Below, one piece after another: positions 18,294 to 20,000 of a stretch of 20,000 nt of DNA. Source of the stretch: Chiloscyllium plagiosum (lineage: Eukaryota). The first letter of the stretch is position 1; every line of letters starts with the position of its first letter. The notes beneath the pieces were generated by a model. That model made no database searches and had not been told where the DNA came from. It was given only the letters and a program-made list of their open reading frames with translations. The position numbers and the translations under genes are program-made. Where the stretch lies: positions 5,307,677 to 5,327,676 of the forward strand of contig NC_057750.1 in the NCBI RefSeq assembly GCF_004010195.1, given 5' to 3'.

Positions 18294-20000
18294 TTTCTTT
18301 TTATAGATATTTTTATTGAAAATTTAACATAATTTTATAAGTTTACAAATTAAAAAAACCCAAGTATAAACATTGATATACAATTAAATCTTAAATAAAT
18401 AATAACCAAAATTTAACAAAAGAAAAATACCAAGAAAAAAACAAAACTCAACTAACTACTAATCTAACCTACAACTAACCAGAGTGTATAATTAAGTCTC
18501 TTACATTATTCAAGTAAGAGAGAAAAAAAACAACGGATAACACAGAAATTGGTTAGTGAGATACATGCTCGGAATGTATTAACATCAAATGTAACAAAAC
18601 TCGTATTCGTGCGGGATTCCTCTCCCAAGGGGCCCCGGACCAGCCAGGTTCGCCATCTCAATTAAATAAAAGCCCTTGTTAGGATGGCCGAAATATCTGT
18701 ATTTACATAATTCAAGAAGGGCTGCCATATTTTATGGAATAATGCAGTCTTTTGGTGCACCATATTTGTAAGGAAGTCAAGGGGAATACATTCCATAATT
18801 AATCTGTGCCAATTTGAAAGTCATGGGGGGCCCTCAGCCACCCAGTTAACCAAAATATTTTTCCTTGCACAGAAAGAGAGAATAGAAAATAATCTCTTCC
18901 CGCGTATATCCAGTGAGGGTAAGTTCGAAAAGCCCAAAAGGAGAGATACAGGGTCCACTCTAATTTCCAGTGATTCTTCTGGTGTTTTCCCAAATGTCAT
19001 TCCACGTTTCTATAGAGATTTCTAGTCCCAAATCCTGATCCCATATTTTAAGCAGATTGTTCATATCTCCCGATACTTTATCATGTAATAAATGATAAAT
19101 AGTACTGACGGAAGGTACCCCCATTGGCCATAGCACTCTACATTCTCTATCTGATTTATAAAGACTATCTAATAACGTGGTCTTCTTCTGTGTGTAATCT
19201 CAAATTTGGAAGTATCGAAAGAGGTCTCCATTAGGTAATCCAAATTTCTGATGCAGCTGTTCAAAAGACATCAGGACCCCTTCTTTAAACAGATCCCCTA
19301 AACAGGCGATACCCCGGATCTCCAGAGTTTTAAAGTAGCATCTGTAAACCCCAGTTGAAATCCCCATGCTCCCACTATCGGAGCATAGGGGGATGTTTTA
19401 TGTGAGTTGCCCTCATTTTGCCGCATTATATTCCAAGCTTTAATTGTGTTGAGTATTATAAGGTTTTTACAGTGGTCCATAATGATTTTCCTCTTGTCTG
19501 GAAATAAAAGGTTAATAAGTGGGCATTTTACTTGAGAAGCCTCGAATTCCAGCCAGATTGATTGTGGGTCAGACAAGACCCAATCAGCTATGTAACTTAA
19601 TAGGGAACTTAACTGATATTTCCTAAAATCTGGGAAGTCCAATCCTTCCCTTGCCTATAGAAGCTGTAGCTTCTTCAGCTTAATGAGGGGGCGTCTATGA
19701 TTCTAGATAAAGGAACCCAACCAGCCATATAATTTACGTAGTGCCAGCCTCGGCAGCATCACCGGAAGCATTCTCATAGGGTATAGGAGACGGGGCAGGA
19801 CATTCATTTCAATTAGTGCTATTCTACCCAGCCAGGAAATTGGAAGGTCTCCCCATAGCTGAAGGTCCTGCCTTATCCTTTCCAGTAAATGCACAAAGTT
19901 AGCCTTGTATAACTGACCAAATACTGGGGTAATAAAAATGCCTAAATATAAGAAACCCCCCAGGGACCACCGAAAGGGAAAGTGGGATCCATCCACTAAG
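18294..20000 (-). mobile_element. L1-clade LINE: decayed ORF2 C-terminal half, T-rich 3' UTR and poly(A) end; continues beyond the window
   Basis: FLYLGIFIT..LYKANF..W.DLPISWLGRIALIEMNVLPRLLY, GLDFPDF..Y, ARKNILVNW, FHKIWQPFLNY..AFI* (stop at 18662-18664). AATAAA at 18317-18312 precedes an A-rich tail. An in-frame stop is present at 19703-19705. Confidence 0.92.

Overview
Repeat-dense vertebrate genomic DNA, almost certainly from a cartilaginous fish and probably a shark. It holds several HE1-type V-SINEs and many fragments of their CR1-clade (HER1-like) partner LINE. Most of the window is decayed or nested transposable elements: (1) a 5'-truncated 3.2-kb CR1 with the end of ORF1 and a pseudogenised APE-RT ORF2 (9151-12349); (2) the 3' part of an L1-clade LINE (18294-20000, minus); (3) a Rex1/Babar-like 3' end; (4) a second tRNA-derived SINE family together with its apparent LINE partner; (5) Deu-type SINE relics; (6) a Tigger/pogo-like MITE; (7) Penelope-like terminal-repeat remnants. 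No intact protein-coding gene can be supported; one 84-nt candidate host exon is weak. The most notable structures are two TSD-flanked ~190-bp fold-back elements carrying minimal type I hammerhead ribozyme motifs, and a third hammerhead core from another family. There are also several local template-switch or duplication scars: an inverted SINE pair sharing unusual variants, a flank-templated insertion inside a SINE, and tandem duplications in the CR1 RT. All family names come from recalled consensus features, not database searches. Boundaries of old elements are approximate.
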